A stretch of 64,000 bases of DNA from Eledone cirrhosa (lineage: Eukaryota), in the NCBI GenBank assembly GCA_964016885.1, contig OZ024746.1:32984001-33048000 (forward strand), in the 5' to 3' direction. A model generated the notes under the pieces. It ran no database searches, was not told the origin of the DNA, and worked only from the letters and a program-made list of their open reading frames with translations. Below are positions 22,008 through 36,840 of the stretch, piece after piece (position 1 is the first letter of the stretch; each line of letters starts with the position of its first letter). The position numbers and the translations under genes were made by a program.

Positions 22008-25000
22008 ATGAGCTCACTCAGAATAGGCAGCATAAATGAGCCTGGCTTGGGGTCGTCATGGAAGCAGGGCCACCTGCTCAACGACCTCAGGTCACTAAAC
22101 ATAGATGTAGTGGCCATCAGCGAGACCAGAATCTCCGAAGCACGGACCTTCGCACCGATCTTCGGTGGCTACGAGGTGTACGCATATCCCAGCCGTCCGG
22201 GATCGGGGGGAGGAGTTGCTGTGCTTTTTCGGAGAGGTTTGGATCTTGCCATACGGGCCATCTTCCTGGACCCAGAAGGTAAGTTGGTGGTGCTGGAGGT
22301 TACCAGCGGAGACGAGCAAGCTTTCAGGTTAGTGGCCGTCTATGCCCCAACAGGAACAGGGCGGCCTGATTTCTTCCGGCGTCTGGAGACCTTTCTTGGA
22401 ACGTCCGGCTCTTTAGTGTTAGTGGGCGACTGGAACGGGATCTTAGATGCACGCTAGGACTGTGTGGGATTAGTGGATAGGGAGGAGGGTGCAAGAGTCT
22501 CACCAACCTGCTCAGGCGTTTTGAACTGTCTGACAGGTACCGATTGGATTTCCCGTATGTGCCAATGTGGACTTGGACAAATCGCATAGGGTCATCCAGA
22601 TCATATCTAGATAGAGTATTTTTTAGGGAAATAGATAGGTCTAGCATAGGCTGTCCACAATTCAAGATAGTCAGCTACACGGACCACAAATTCGTGATTT
22701 GTGTGCTTGACTTAGATAGGCTCCATAGACGAGGACCCGGCTACTGGAAGCTAAACGCGTCCTTACCAGCGCCCAAGGTCTACAGAGACCGGATTAGCGA
22801 ACTAGTTAAGCGAGAGTTCACGGGGGCCATCGTCAACAACAAGTGGTGGTTTGCTCTGAAAAGAGCAATTAGAATAGTGTCCATTAGGTTTAGTAAGGCT
22901 TTAGCAATAGAGAAAAATAGAGCAGAGGGAGAATTTGTTAGAAAATTAGACGAGGCGCTTAGCAAAGGCATCGCGACCGACGTACTTGCGGTGAAATTGG
23001 CCCTTGACCAATTCTTCAATGCAAAGCAAGAAGGCTGCGTTGTCAGAGCTAGGGTGCGTGCTCTCAGACACGAGGGGACGAAAGCCGTTCAATGGGTCTT
23101 TGGTGGACCACGACGGGCGCATGCTACTCGATCCCGGGCAAATGTGTGAAGCTTTTCAGCGACACTTCGCACAGTTGTTCGGGGGCAGCGGCGGGCCGGA
23201 TCGAGGGATGGACTTTAGTGTCTACCTCGACGGACTGCCGCGGCTCTCGGCCACTGAGGCGGAGTGTTGCGAAAAGCCGATAACAGCCGCTGAAGTACGG
23301 GAGGCAATGACTGGCTGCACAAGGGGTAAATCGCCTGGTTTGGATGGTCTGCCCAATGAACTTTACGTATAGATGCCAGACTTGTTCGGAGGCCTCTTGT
23401 CGGCCGTCTACTGCAACTGGCAACAGAACGGGAGAATTCCCAGCTCTGTGAGCCGAGGAGCGGTGGCACTGCTGAGAAAGGATCCGAACAAGGGGGATAA
23501 GATAGATAATTTCAGGCTCATAACTCTGATAAACACAGAGTTCGAGATTTTGGCCAAGGTGCTAGCAAAGATGTTGGCGCTTGTCGTTGGTGGTCTGGTG
23601 GGAGAGGCGCAGACATGCGCCATTCCTGACAGATCCATCCACGACAACCTCCACCTCATGCGATACATCGTAGAGAGGGTAGCTAGGGAACCTGGCACGG
23701 GTGGCTCCTTTATCAATTTAGATCAGTCGAAAGTTTTCGATAGGTTCGACCATCGTTACCTAGTGGCAGTCCTGAGGGAGGCTGGCTTTGGGCCCGTCTT
23801 CAGAGGCTGGATCGCTGCCATGCACAGCGACATCTGCTCTGTGGTGAGACTGAACGGTCACCTTTCGGAACCGTTTAACATCATGCGCTCGGTCCGCCAA
23901 GGATGTCCCCTCGCGTCCCTCTTGTACGTATTGACTCTCGAGCCATTACTGCACAAACAGGAGACGTTGAGGGGCGTCCCGCGCGAACTAGGATGCGGAA
24001 GATCCATGTCAGCATATGCGGACTATGTCACCGTAGTGGTGTCGAACGCCAAACACATCGAGGCGATCGGCACTACACTAAGAGAATACAAAGTGGTGAC
24101 AGGAGCAATGATCAACCAGGAAAAGTCAGTGGGCCTGCAGCTCGGCACCTGGAGAGGCAGGTCCATGCCGTTCAACAGCGTCGTCGGGCGCTGGACGGAC
24201 GGACCGGTTAAATTGCTAGGGGTCTGGTTCGGTCCGGACCTCCAGACGGACAAAAACTGGGACGAGGTGACGAGCAGGGTGGCTTCTCTCACCCAGAAAT
24301 GGGCGGAGAGGAAGCTATCCCTGAAAGGTCGAGCGGAGGTGGCTAACGCGTACATCGCGTCCGTCATCTACTACAGCCTGACCGTCGTACCTTGTCCTAA
24401 GCCCCGCCTGACTGCGCTGGAGCGTTTGCCTTTTGCTTTTTGTGGAAGGGACGCGCTCCGATGATCAGGCGGTCCATCTGTTGTCAACACCCGCTACGTG
24501 GAGGGCTGGGCATGCCGTGGCTGATGATGCGCAGACAAGCGCTCAGACTACAACATCTCCACCTCTTCCTCGACGGTGATCAGGTGTGGTCGCCGTTTGC
24601 TAGACACGTCTTTCCCCAGCTCGTCTCCTTGACGGAGCTGCAGTCCTGGGTCAAGCAAAGACGAGAGGGAGCGCTTGGAGACTGGAATGTCTTCAGGCGC
24701 TCACAGCCCTCGACCAAGCGGGCAATGTGATCGGTGGAAACTCCACCTTGGCGTTCTATAGGGGATTAGTGGAGGGGAAGAGCGACGACGTACTTGGAGA
24801 AACTCTAGGCGTCGACGAAAATCAACTAGCTAATCTCTTCGGAAGGACTTTCGGGCCGGGGCCTATGGACAACTTCCAGAAATCCCTGGCCTGGCAGTGC
24901 TACCGAGGAGCTTTGCCAGTTCGAGATAAACTCTACAGGCATGGAGGTGCCGTCAGCCGGGCATGTCCGAGATGCGCGCAGGGCGACGAAACCGTCCTGC

Positions 25001-25380
25001 ACGCACTCGTCCAGTGTCCGAGCATTGCTGACTTGTGGGTTTATGTTGAACAACTGCTGTCACGTGTAGGACGGATCCAGCTATCAGCTGAGTCCATCGC
25101 GAGGATTGCCCCACCCTCTTCCTTTAGCCGGGAAGGGCAAGCAGTTTTTATCTGCCTGGTGGCCATGGCGAAAGAGATAGTATGGTGGACACGTTTTAAA
25201 GGGCTGAAGACGAGCACTTACCTCTTCGGTGATGCCCTGATTAACTTTTTCAAATTTCATTTGAAAAGGAAAATCAGGGTAGGGAGGGAAGTGCTCTCTT
25301 CCCAGCATTTTGTTGAAAGATGGGTGAGAGAAGCAAGTATGGCCCGAGTGAATGGGCCTACTCTGAGTATGTGTCTGTAA
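22008..25380 (+). pseudogene. Disrupted Tx1 ORF2
   Basis: Stops at 22455-22457 and 23370-23372, a ~44-nt deletion near 23095, several frameshifts, and YADD changed to YADY. Confidence 0.92.
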
Positions 25381-25659
25381 ATTAAAGGTGGAAAACTGGG
25401 AGAGGGCACTTGCCCTGGTGGTCAGGGTCACTGTGGTCTTTTAATGGGCTTTCTCCACAAATGTCCCTCGGAAGTCTACCCCCTATTGGGGAATTTTTCA
25501 TTGTTATTTTTATTACATCCTCTGTTTTTTTTACACGCAGAAATGCCCATTTGTACCGTCCTGTATTATCCTGTACTGTCCTTAATGTCTACTTTATGTA
25601 AACCCTTGTGGTTAATAAAGAAAGCATTATTATTATTATCATTTTTATTCTTGTTTTTG

Positions 25660-27200
25660 CCTACTCGGCACCTCTTTGTTTTGCCGTCCATAAGTATTGG
25701 AAATATTGTTGAAAGTTTTTCCCGCTTGAGGATTTGTTATTGTTAATATTTTATTTTCCTATAATTGTGAAGCAAACTAATCCTAGTATAGGTTGGCTAT
25801 CTTCTTTTGTTTCTACACTTCAAGGCAGAGTTTCAAAAGCATAAAATATTTCTTTTTTTTTCAAACATTTCGTGAAATGGTAGTGTCATCTTCTTGCCTT
25901 ACTTTCACAAACATAGATTTTCACACCGCTGCCGTAGCCATAATAACAACAGGCAACAACAACAACAACAACAGCAACAGCAGCAGTAACAACATCAAAA
26001 CCATGACTAAAACTCAACCACTAGCAGCTGAGTGTTAGTGCATATGAAATCAAAACATCATCACCACCATCACCCCCACCACCACCATTACCACAACCAA
26101 CACCCCCACCATCACCACAACCAACACCCCCACTAACTCAAAGTAGATCTGTAATAACATCAAAGACAAAAAAACGACAAAGACGAATGAAGGAGAAAAG
26201 TGTCGTAGCTAGAGAGAGTTTTAACGATATTAAAAAGACGAAAAAGACAACGAAAAAATAATGACGAAAGAAAAAAGAAACTAAAAACACCAATAGCAAA
26301 GAGAGAAAGAGGTTAACCAGTAGGAGCAGAAATAAGAACGTCCTCAGAAGCAAATCTATCTATTGCTAACAATACCAAAGACATAACTAACAAGTTTGTA
26401 CTATTATCCTTATGACCAGATTCAAGTGATTCTTTTTTTCACTTTTTGTGGAAGGGATGCATTCCACTTTTCAAGTAGTTCATCTGTTGTCAAACATGAT
26501 TTAAGCAGAGAACTCAATAAGCCGTAGTTGGTACACAGTCATGTGGTGAGGTTGCAGCATCTACAAACAGTGAACAGGTTTGATCATATTTTGTGACACA
26601 CGTTTTCCACAACCCATAATCTTGCTGGAGTTGCAGTCCTGGATCACGTGAAGACCATGACTAGGTAACGGGATTGTTGTGAGACACTGACAACCTTCTA
26701 CTTATCAAACAATGTGATCGGTACAAATTTCACTTTGCCAATCTCTAGAAGGATAATAGGAATGGGAAGCAGCAATGTTATCTAGACAACTAAGAATAGG
26801 CATCAACGAAGAACAACTATTTGAACTTTCCTGAACAATTTTGTTCTTGGAAATATGGAGAACTTCCAGAAATCTCTGGCTTGGCAGTGCTACGGAAGAT
26901 GGGGATCCTTGACTGTTCAATTTAAGCTCTACAGATACGAAATTCCGTCACTCAGACTTCTTCTAAATGCGTACAGTAAGACGAAACCGTTCTGCGTGCA
27001 CTTGTTTAGTGCCCGAGCAACGATGACTTGAGCACTTATGTCGAAAGCTCTCAGCTGAGGTCATGACTTTCTTTGGCCGCAAAGGACAGGTAATATTTAC
27101 AAGTCACACCGAAAGAGGTTATATGGTGAAAGTGACTGAAAAGATTGGACAGATACTTTTCTCTTTGGTGAAACCACCATGATCCTTTTCACGTTGCACC
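25660..27200 (+). mobile_element. Old, internally deleted Tx1-like element
   Basis: FLWKG..ICCQH (~26445), ELQSWI, NFQKSLAWQCY (~26860) and DETVLRALV*CPS match the ORF2 C-terminus; upstream (AAC)/(ACC)-rich tract resembles ORF1. Confidence 0.7.
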
Positions 27201-28817
27201 TGGAAATTTACAATCCCGACCTGGTCTATACACGACAACCTCTACCCTATGGTTCTGTAGGTTCTCTAGCCTTTACGTTTTATGGAAAATGAAAGCAAAT
27301 TTAATGTTGTGGCTTTCCTGCATTACTTCAGAATTCGTATCAGTAAATGTGTAATCGACTGTGCATCAGATGATAATTAAATTAATGACGTACGTATATA
27401 TACCTATTTGTGTTATGATTCTTTTTCTACTTGTGCAAAATACTAAATTTATTTTGTGGATTTTAAGTGGTTGAAGTGATACTCATGCTTTTATGGGAAT
27501 TTTAGAGTGAAAGAGAAGTGAATTGACCAGGAATTAGGACACCATCTAATTATATAAAGTAGAAGTGGAGAAACGGGTTTTGACACCCAGTGAAGGAAGG
27601 AGGTTTGAGAAATCAGTTTGCTAAACCACTTTTTTCATCACTATTTAACCACAGAATCAGAGAATTTACGCAGGCAGATCATTGCTCATCACACCACCGA
27701 CCTTTTATATTTGTATAGATGACCAACTAACCCAATTGATAGAGATTTGAGGTTGTCTGTATACTTTACCTCGAACCGACAATGGATCCGGGTATCACTG
27801 TCAGGCCAGTGCTTTTTGGAAATTATCCATAGGCCCTGGACTCTCTACACGATACATATAAAGACACGTTTAGACTATACACTCTAAATGTATTTTGACT
27901 TTATTAAAATGGTGAATATCTTATATTTGATTAATTATACTCAAATATATATAGAAGTACATGAAAATCTATGTGTATTGCGTGCATATCATAGATTTTA
28001 TAGATGAAAATTTTACCAACTTGTAAAAAGATTACAAAATATAGCCGCAAAATTTTGCCAGCATGATTGGTTTATATTCTGATAGAAATAATATTTTTAG
28101 TATTTACAATTTTGGTAGACACCACACATGATTTACACAATTTATTTAATCAAAAGTATGATAGTGCAATAGTAGTATTATATGCCTATTCAACGCATCA
28201 AAGCCCGTGAATAATAACATTAAAAAAAAACTCATACTTTGTTCGAAAAAACCAAATCATGTCATGGTCTGCTAGGACTAATTCTGCCATAAGTCGAATA
28301 AGATTCAACGGGAATGTTTATGAAAGAATTGACTGGTATGCAAAATGAAAATGCTGGCGATGCGATTCCTAATGCTCTAAGAAGGACAATGGTCATGCGC
28401 AGTTGCAGTGTATGTTTATTACTCCATTTATGTAGACTCCATTTATGGATGATAGTGTATTATAAAATATATGACAGCGAGAAAAAGGAAAGGGTTCAGA
28501 ATGTTACAACTTGATTCTCAATAATCAAGTAGAAATGGGGTAGTTTGTGGTCAGATAAGTCCTAACTACCTCTAGATTAATAGCCATAATTTTATCATTC
28601 TTTCCGGTGAAAACACAATAAAATGATGCCTATTGCAATTTCAATGTTTTCCAACATATTTTGATTTATACTTGAAATATCGAGTGCAATATACACTCGA
28701 AAATAGGAAAATGTTCATTTTGTATAAATAAAACATAAAGTGGCATTATATTGCATTGGAATACGATGATGACATATTTAAATGCATTAGCCTAGATACT
28801 GAAGCCTCGCGATATAT

Positions 28818-28927
28818 ATATAGGAAAAAGTATGACCCCGACGGCAGAGCACAGGCCGTTTCGACGGCTATTTCAGGACCATCATATTTATGGTCCATCT
28901 GGTTCCTTACCACAATTCCTTTGTTAT
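28818..28927. mobile_element. Short Penelope-like terminal fragment related to 50195-50408
   Basis: ATAGGAAAA..CCCGACGGC.GAGC.CA.GCCG.TTCGAC.GCTATTTC joined to the inverted tail CCA.CTGGTTCCT.ACCACA; flanked by TA repeats. Confidence 0.55.
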
Positions 28928-28972
28928 ATATATATGTATGTATGTATATATATATACATATATATATGTATG

Positions 28973-29060
<88 letters not shown>

Positions 29061-29429
29061 TATATATATACATATATATATATACATATATACATATATA
29101 CATACACACACACATATGTATATATATATATTTATATACAATAAAAGTAAAATAAAAAGAAATACACAGATACATGCGAATACATACATATACATGCATA
29201 CACACACATATATCCCTGAAAACACATCGACACATCCACACATATATATATGGCATGTATATGTACATAGATAGATACATACAAACAGTTATACATAAAA
29301 CGCATAGCTAATGTTATGTATAGTAAGAAACAAGAATTAATCTTATGTATAAATGTGTGTGAGTGAGAAACAGATACAGAGAGGATGTGTGTGTATTTGT
29401 GTGTGTGTGTGCATGGAAACACACACACG

Positions 29430-29588
<159 letters not shown>

Positions 29589-29589
29589 G

Positions 29590-29680
<91 letters not shown>

Positions 29681-29704
29681 GTATATATATAAATATATAT
29701 ATAT

Positions 29705-29774
<70 letters not shown>

Positions 29775-30549
29775 AAAGAAAGTGATATATGTGTGAAATA
29801 ATGAAAGGTGAGAGACAAGAAGCGAGGTATTCCTATGAAAGAATGTGGTGGGGGAGATATATAGACTCATATAAGAGTTTATAATGAAATGAATGGTGAA
29901 TACTTTTACACACTTATCTTCTCAACATTCGTACGATTCACAGTCGTCTGTCGATCGCCACTCACCAAACTATAAAATCAATTTACACTAGTGTCGAGAG
30001 ACTTCTCGATTCTCTACTTAAAAACTTCGTATAACTTACGAGCCTAACGGGTAAGGAAATATCACACCGTTATATTTCTGTATTGTGCCATTTCTATCGA
30101 TCGATTTGCTTGTGTTCTAAAGGAAACTCGTTTACTAAAATTCGTCGAGTAAAGTAATAGTAGCTTTATATAATTAATATATCACGTAACTCGCCCTTCT
30201 CTAGAGACCAAATCTTACTATTATGCACCATACTTCCATCTTGTTATACTCATAAATATAAAAGCCGGTATGGTTTGCGTTTCACTGTGGTGATAAATAC
30301 GTGTGAATGAATATGTGTATATATGAACCTGTGTGTGAACATGTTTATATGATTGTATATGTACATGTCTGGATGTTTACATGGAATGATTTCAGGTATT
30401 TATGTATGCCTGGATATATATATATATATATATATATACAATAATATTAAATAAATGGAAACTATATTTATAAAACCATATTTATTTTATTATATATATT
30501 TCTAGGGTATTTGTCGGACTGACTTCCAACAAATTAAATACCCCTTCTA

Positions 30550-30612
<63 letters not shown>

Positions 30613-30800
30613 ATATATGTATCTCTCTCTTTATCTATCTATCTATCTGTTTATCTATCTCACTCTTAGTACGGCTGTTTACAAACACACCAAGCATTAT
30701 AATAAATGTTCGGTAAATCCATACGTACATATATACGTGTATGTATGTATATATATATATACATACTACTGTACGTCTGATTACATATATGTATGTACGT

Positions 30801-30886
<86 letters not shown>

Positions 30887-30892
30887 ACGTAC

Positions 30893-30941
<49 letters not shown>

Positions 30942-30952
30942 TATATGTATAA

Positions 30953-31270
30953 GGCTCCGGACTGATTCTTTGTATTTTTATTTTATTTTATTTTCAACGT
31001 AAAAACTTTTCGGACTTTCGCAGTTATCACCCTTACGCCTCTCGCACGCAGTCTAGTATTGCCTGTGTGAAGTGACCGGGTTTCTGCGCATGCGCGTTCG
31101 TACGGTTGTCCTTCCTGTTCCTATAACCATGCCCATCTCGAGCTGAAGATCCGCTAAGATGAAACAATTGTTCTCGGTATGGTGAACTTACTGTTGTGTA
31201 ACCTCTTCTACCCTTGGACTGAGTGCTCTCAGGTAATATCCACTACGGATATTACCTTCCAGTGTTCCAC

Positions 31271-31273
<3 letters not shown>
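30953..31273 (+). mobile_element. Penelope-like pseudo-LTR fragment in (TA)n with hammerhead motif
   Basis: CGAG-CTGAAGA-TCCGCTAAGAT-GAAA-CAATTG-TT-CTCG at 31139-31176; a second copy of this part lies at 38711-38780 (-). Confidence 0.65.
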
Positions 31274-31357
<84 letters not shown>

Positions 31358-31361
<4 letters not shown>

Positions 31362-31790
31362 TGCTTTGGGAGGGTCATGTTGCCAACAAGAAACACACGC
31401 TCCAGTTGCTTTCACTCCAATTTATTATAAATATAATTTATAAATTTAAGAATCTATAAATTTCCGGTTGGTTGGTTCTTCAGATGGCGTAGGACAGAAC
31501 AACGGAGAGGCACAAAAACAAAGAAAAGAATCCCCAGTCACTGAAGAGGTCACAGAATGTGTGACGAAAGAACTTTGACAACATATGAACAACCGTCCGG
31601 TTGTGGAACCAACCAACCAACATGAAATTTATAAATTCTTAAATTTATAAATTATATTTATAATAAATTGGAGTGAAAGCAACTGGTGCGTGTGTTTCTT
31701 ATTGGCAACATGACCCTCCCAAAGCATAACAATATCGGTTTCAACACACGTTTTCAGATAAAGAATCTTGCTAAACAAATTCAGAAACGA
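31358..31790 (+). mobile_element. Penelope-like inverted-repeat insertion with tail
   Basis: ~120-bp inverted arms (31358-31478 / 31606-31730), hammerhead-like GTCA-CTGAAGA-GGTCACA..TGTGAC-GAAA..TGAC at 31537-31579, tail to 31790, TA flanks. Confidence 0.7.
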
Positions 31791-31821
31791 TATATATATA
31801 TATGTATGAAGGCGTGTGGCC

Positions 31822-31897
<76 letters not shown>

Positions 31898-33329
31898 AAA
31901 AAGAGAAAAAAGAGCAATCTCTTAGAGGAAAATAAGAAAACAAGAGAAAGAGAAAGAGAAAGAAAAAGAAAAAGCCCTAAGTGATAGGTTGTTGTATTAG
32001 CGTAACTTTTAAGATGAAGTGAAAAAATAAATATTTATTGGATGAGTTAGGAAGAGTAAATAAGCGTGAATAGAAAATAAATAAATAATAATAACTGGAG
32101 AATTTTAGCCAGTGTTTAAATATGATTAAATGTTTAGTCTATCAATTAAATTATCAATTAAATTATTGAGATCTATACATTAAAATTGAGATGTATGTAT
32201 TATTAAAATCTATATATTATTAAAACTATATATTATTATTAAAAAATCTATATATTATTAAAATAATATATTCATATATATACATATAGATATACATATA
32301 TATATATACATACACATACATATATATACATACAATAAAAGATTTTTTATGTTTAGATATATATTATGTTTAGAATTTTTCTAAACTTATAGATTTTTCG
32401 GAGAAATCGGAGAAAAAACCGGAGAAAAATCATTTCTATGTAATAGCAAAACAGCATGAAGGAAATTAAGTTATTTACTTATATTAAATGTTATAAATGT
32501 TAAGATAATAAAGGAAATTTAAGATTATACAAACCTTATATTATTTAATAGTAAGTTATAATTTTATAAATTTTATATTTAATAAATCCACCTGTTATGT
32601 AGTTGTGACTGTTATTATATAAGTTTGTTTAACATAAGCCGTAAGAAATCCTTTATAACAGAGTGCATTCGAATTGTATGTATATATACATATACAACAC
32701 ACAACCCCTACATAGATACACACATATATATATACACATACCAGTAGACATGCATCATACATATATATATATAGAGAGAGAGATAAATATAAAGTACATA
32801 ATATAATTAAAGTACATAATATATAAAATAAAATAAAAATGAATTATACTTTTAAAAGGAATTACGATTTGGAAATATATTCATACAATTTTAAGCAATA
32901 TAACTTTAAAGCAATATAATTTAAAAAAATATAAAAAAATATTTTAAGATATAATTTTAAATAAGAATATGTCTAAAAATTCAGTATAAAAATGAATTTA
33001 AATTTTTTTATATATAATATTTAACTCTCAGTATGTTTAACTTAATTTTTATAACCATATGAGAAATTTTCAAAGAAAAAGAAAGAGAAACTTTCAAAAA
33101 GAGAAACTTTCAAAAATAGGAGAAACTTTAAAAAAAAAAAATATTTTTCCCTTTTAAGAGCTTTCAGTATGTTTATCTAGAAAAATTTTCTATGAAAATT
33201 TCTTTTTATAATGAGAGTTTTAAGCAGTCAAATCTAATGATTTATCGATAGGTTCATGATATTTAATAGAATGAGTTATATATTACATTTTAAATTTATA
33301 TTTAAACGTTGAATTCAATCTATGTTTGC

Positions 33330-34491
<1,162 letters not shown>

Positions 34492-36205
34492 TATATTTAG
34501 AGTTTAAACTCAAACAGTCATTTACAATTAATTAGCTCAAAGAAAGAACCATTTCTGAGCCGTGAAATACAAGTTAATATAAATTAATATATGATAAACA
34601 CGTAAGTGTTTGCATTGTAAAAGACGAAGTTAGCTAGAATGAAATAAACTAATTCAAATAAATATAGTTTGCCTGTATCGATTTTAAATAATAAATCAAT
34701 AGACACAAACTCATATTGGCAAATAGCCGTGGTACCTGGACAAATTTAAATTTCAAAATTCAAACCTTTTCCGCAGATCAATCTGAACTTCAAAATCCAA
34801 ACAAGTTTCGCAAACGATAGTATAAAAAGTGAAATAATCAATTTTCTGTGCTTTAATGGAAAAAGATGAGTATTGACGTACATGTGCGTCAATACTCATC
34901 TTTATCCATTTCTCCGAGGGTTCTTAACCCCACTATCAGGCTAAATAATTTCTTTAATTTCTTTAGTCAAAATACGGCGATAGCTTACATTTCTAATAAT
35001 TTCAAACCAACTCGCTGTTTCGAAAATATTCTTACTTGATATATATATATATATACACAAGCATGTACACAAAACACATATAAGAAATGTAATATATATA
35101 TATATATATATATATTTCTTAACATGTTTGTTTGTATACATGCTTGTATGAGGTATACTATGTATGTAAGTTCACAGTAAACTGTCCTCGTTCTTCTCAC
35201 ATATCTAGTGAGTTTTATATGTTGTGTTGGGTCAACCGGAAGGAAAAAGTTAAAATTATGAAATATATTGAGAAGTAGGCATCATTTCTATCAGCCAATC
35301 ACAGATTGACCGAGCATGAAGTCTGTTATGGCGTGGGAAAAAACAGACTTTACTGAATTACGACGTAAATTCGTAACATTTCTCTGTCATAGCAGCCGGT
35401 TGATGTAAATTAATTTTACGAGAAGCAAAGAAAATGTTATCATATGATATCAAACGCACACACTCAAGCACATACAAACAAGCTTCCACACAGACACACA
35501 CAAACTCTCTCTCTCTCTTTCTTTCTCTCTCACTCACACACAAACATCCCCCGCCAAACACATACACTCACCCACACACGCACACCCACACACGCACACA
35601 CACACACACACCCATGCATACTTGTATGTATGTATGAAGGAGAATATTTTGGCTTCGATTCAAATAATTATAGGTGTCAAAAAATATTGCAGGAAAAATT
35701 CAGATGAAATTTATTTTTTGTTTCATTTTATATGAATTATTTTTCAAATTCTCAAAGATTAAATAATCTATTTAAACATTATGCTATTCTATTATGTTTG
35801 TATTTAGTCAGTGCATCGAGTGCGCGAGGTGGCAAGGAAGAAATCTATATGCAGTCGCACGATTAGCTCGACATAACAGCTGACACACCTGGAAATCATG
35901 CACTCTGGTCTTCGATATGAAACTACACATTAGGAAACATAATCCTAGATATGTAGAATAACAGGATTGTGAGGCATGTATTATAAAGTATCACAGACTA
36001 GCTTAATAAGAGCAGCTTGCTGTAACCAATGCGACAATCGCAAAAGAAAGCTTTGGATTTTTGCTGCAGTGATTATGTGTCCAAAATATTTCAGCGTGTG
36101 TTGGGAGAAACATTTGATTAAATTTCATATTTCATTAGGTGAATACATTGTAAACATTATCTGTTCCTGAATATGTGTATATAGTCGTTATTATTGTTGA
36201 ATGAA

Positions 36206-36393
36206 GGGCGGTGGATTGGCAGTATCGATAGAGGGCCGGACGCCATGCTTTACAGCAAATAGTTACGGCACTTTATGGTCTGAGTTCAAATCTCGCCGAG
36301 GTTAACTTTGCCTTTCATTTTTACGGGGTCGATAAAATAAAGTACCAGTAATACACTGGGATAATTGCTGGCCTTGTGCCAAAAGTAGAAACA
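36206..36393 (+). mobile_element. SINE family 1, full length, 16-bp TSD
   Basis: TSD ATTATTGTTGAATGAA at 36190-36205 and 36394-36409. Confidence 0.92.
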
Positions 36394-36557
36394 ATTATTG
36401 TTGAATGAAAAAATAAATATACTACTTCGTAAATGCCTTGGCAAAATAGGAATTCGTTTCATGTACTACATAGAATAAAATGGAAAAAAAAACACCTTCA
36501 CTCCGACTTTGCTTATTTTCCTGTTATTCTATTATATAATATATAACAATATGTAAC

Positions 36558-36748
36558 AACACCATGCTTCGCGACAGAGAGTTACAGCTCTTTATGTTCT
36601 GAGTTCAAATCCCGCCAATGTTAGCTTTGCCTTTCATCCTTACGGGGTCGATAAAATAAAGCACCCACTAGTGAATACTGTGGTTGATTTAATCGACATT
36701 CCCCTCTCCTTCAAATTGCTGGCCTTGTGCTTAAAATAGAAACAATTA
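36558..36748 (+). mobile_element. SINE family 1 (long-body variant), 5'-truncated
   Basis: B box, CTTTCATCCTTACGGGGTCGATAAAAT core and GGCCTTGTGC..AGAAACAATTAT tail, with an extra GATTTAATCGAC segment. Confidence 0.8.
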
Positions 36749-36840
36749 TATCATACACTAACCCGATGATGGAAACGGGTCTACCGAAATAAGGTGTGTA
36801 TGTGGTTCCATAGAAGAATTTATCAACTAAATTTATTATA

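Larger units (their letters stand above)
19724..25625 (+). mobile_element. Full-length but disabled Tx1 element, copy 2 (variant 5'UTR/ORF1)
   Basis: (ATT)n at 19691-19723 and 25626-25639; ORF2 and 3'UTR near-identical to copy 1; ORF1 homologous but divergent. Confidence 0.92.

Noticed and set aside
8942-25625. One giant DNA transposon with 3.6-kb terminal inverted repeats carrying an RT
   Set aside because: Each arm is an independent LINE with its own ORF1, 5' end and ATT flanks; no transposase.
36768-36810. Hammerhead-like CCGATGA..GAAA
   Set aside because: Core mutated and stem III does not pair convincingly.
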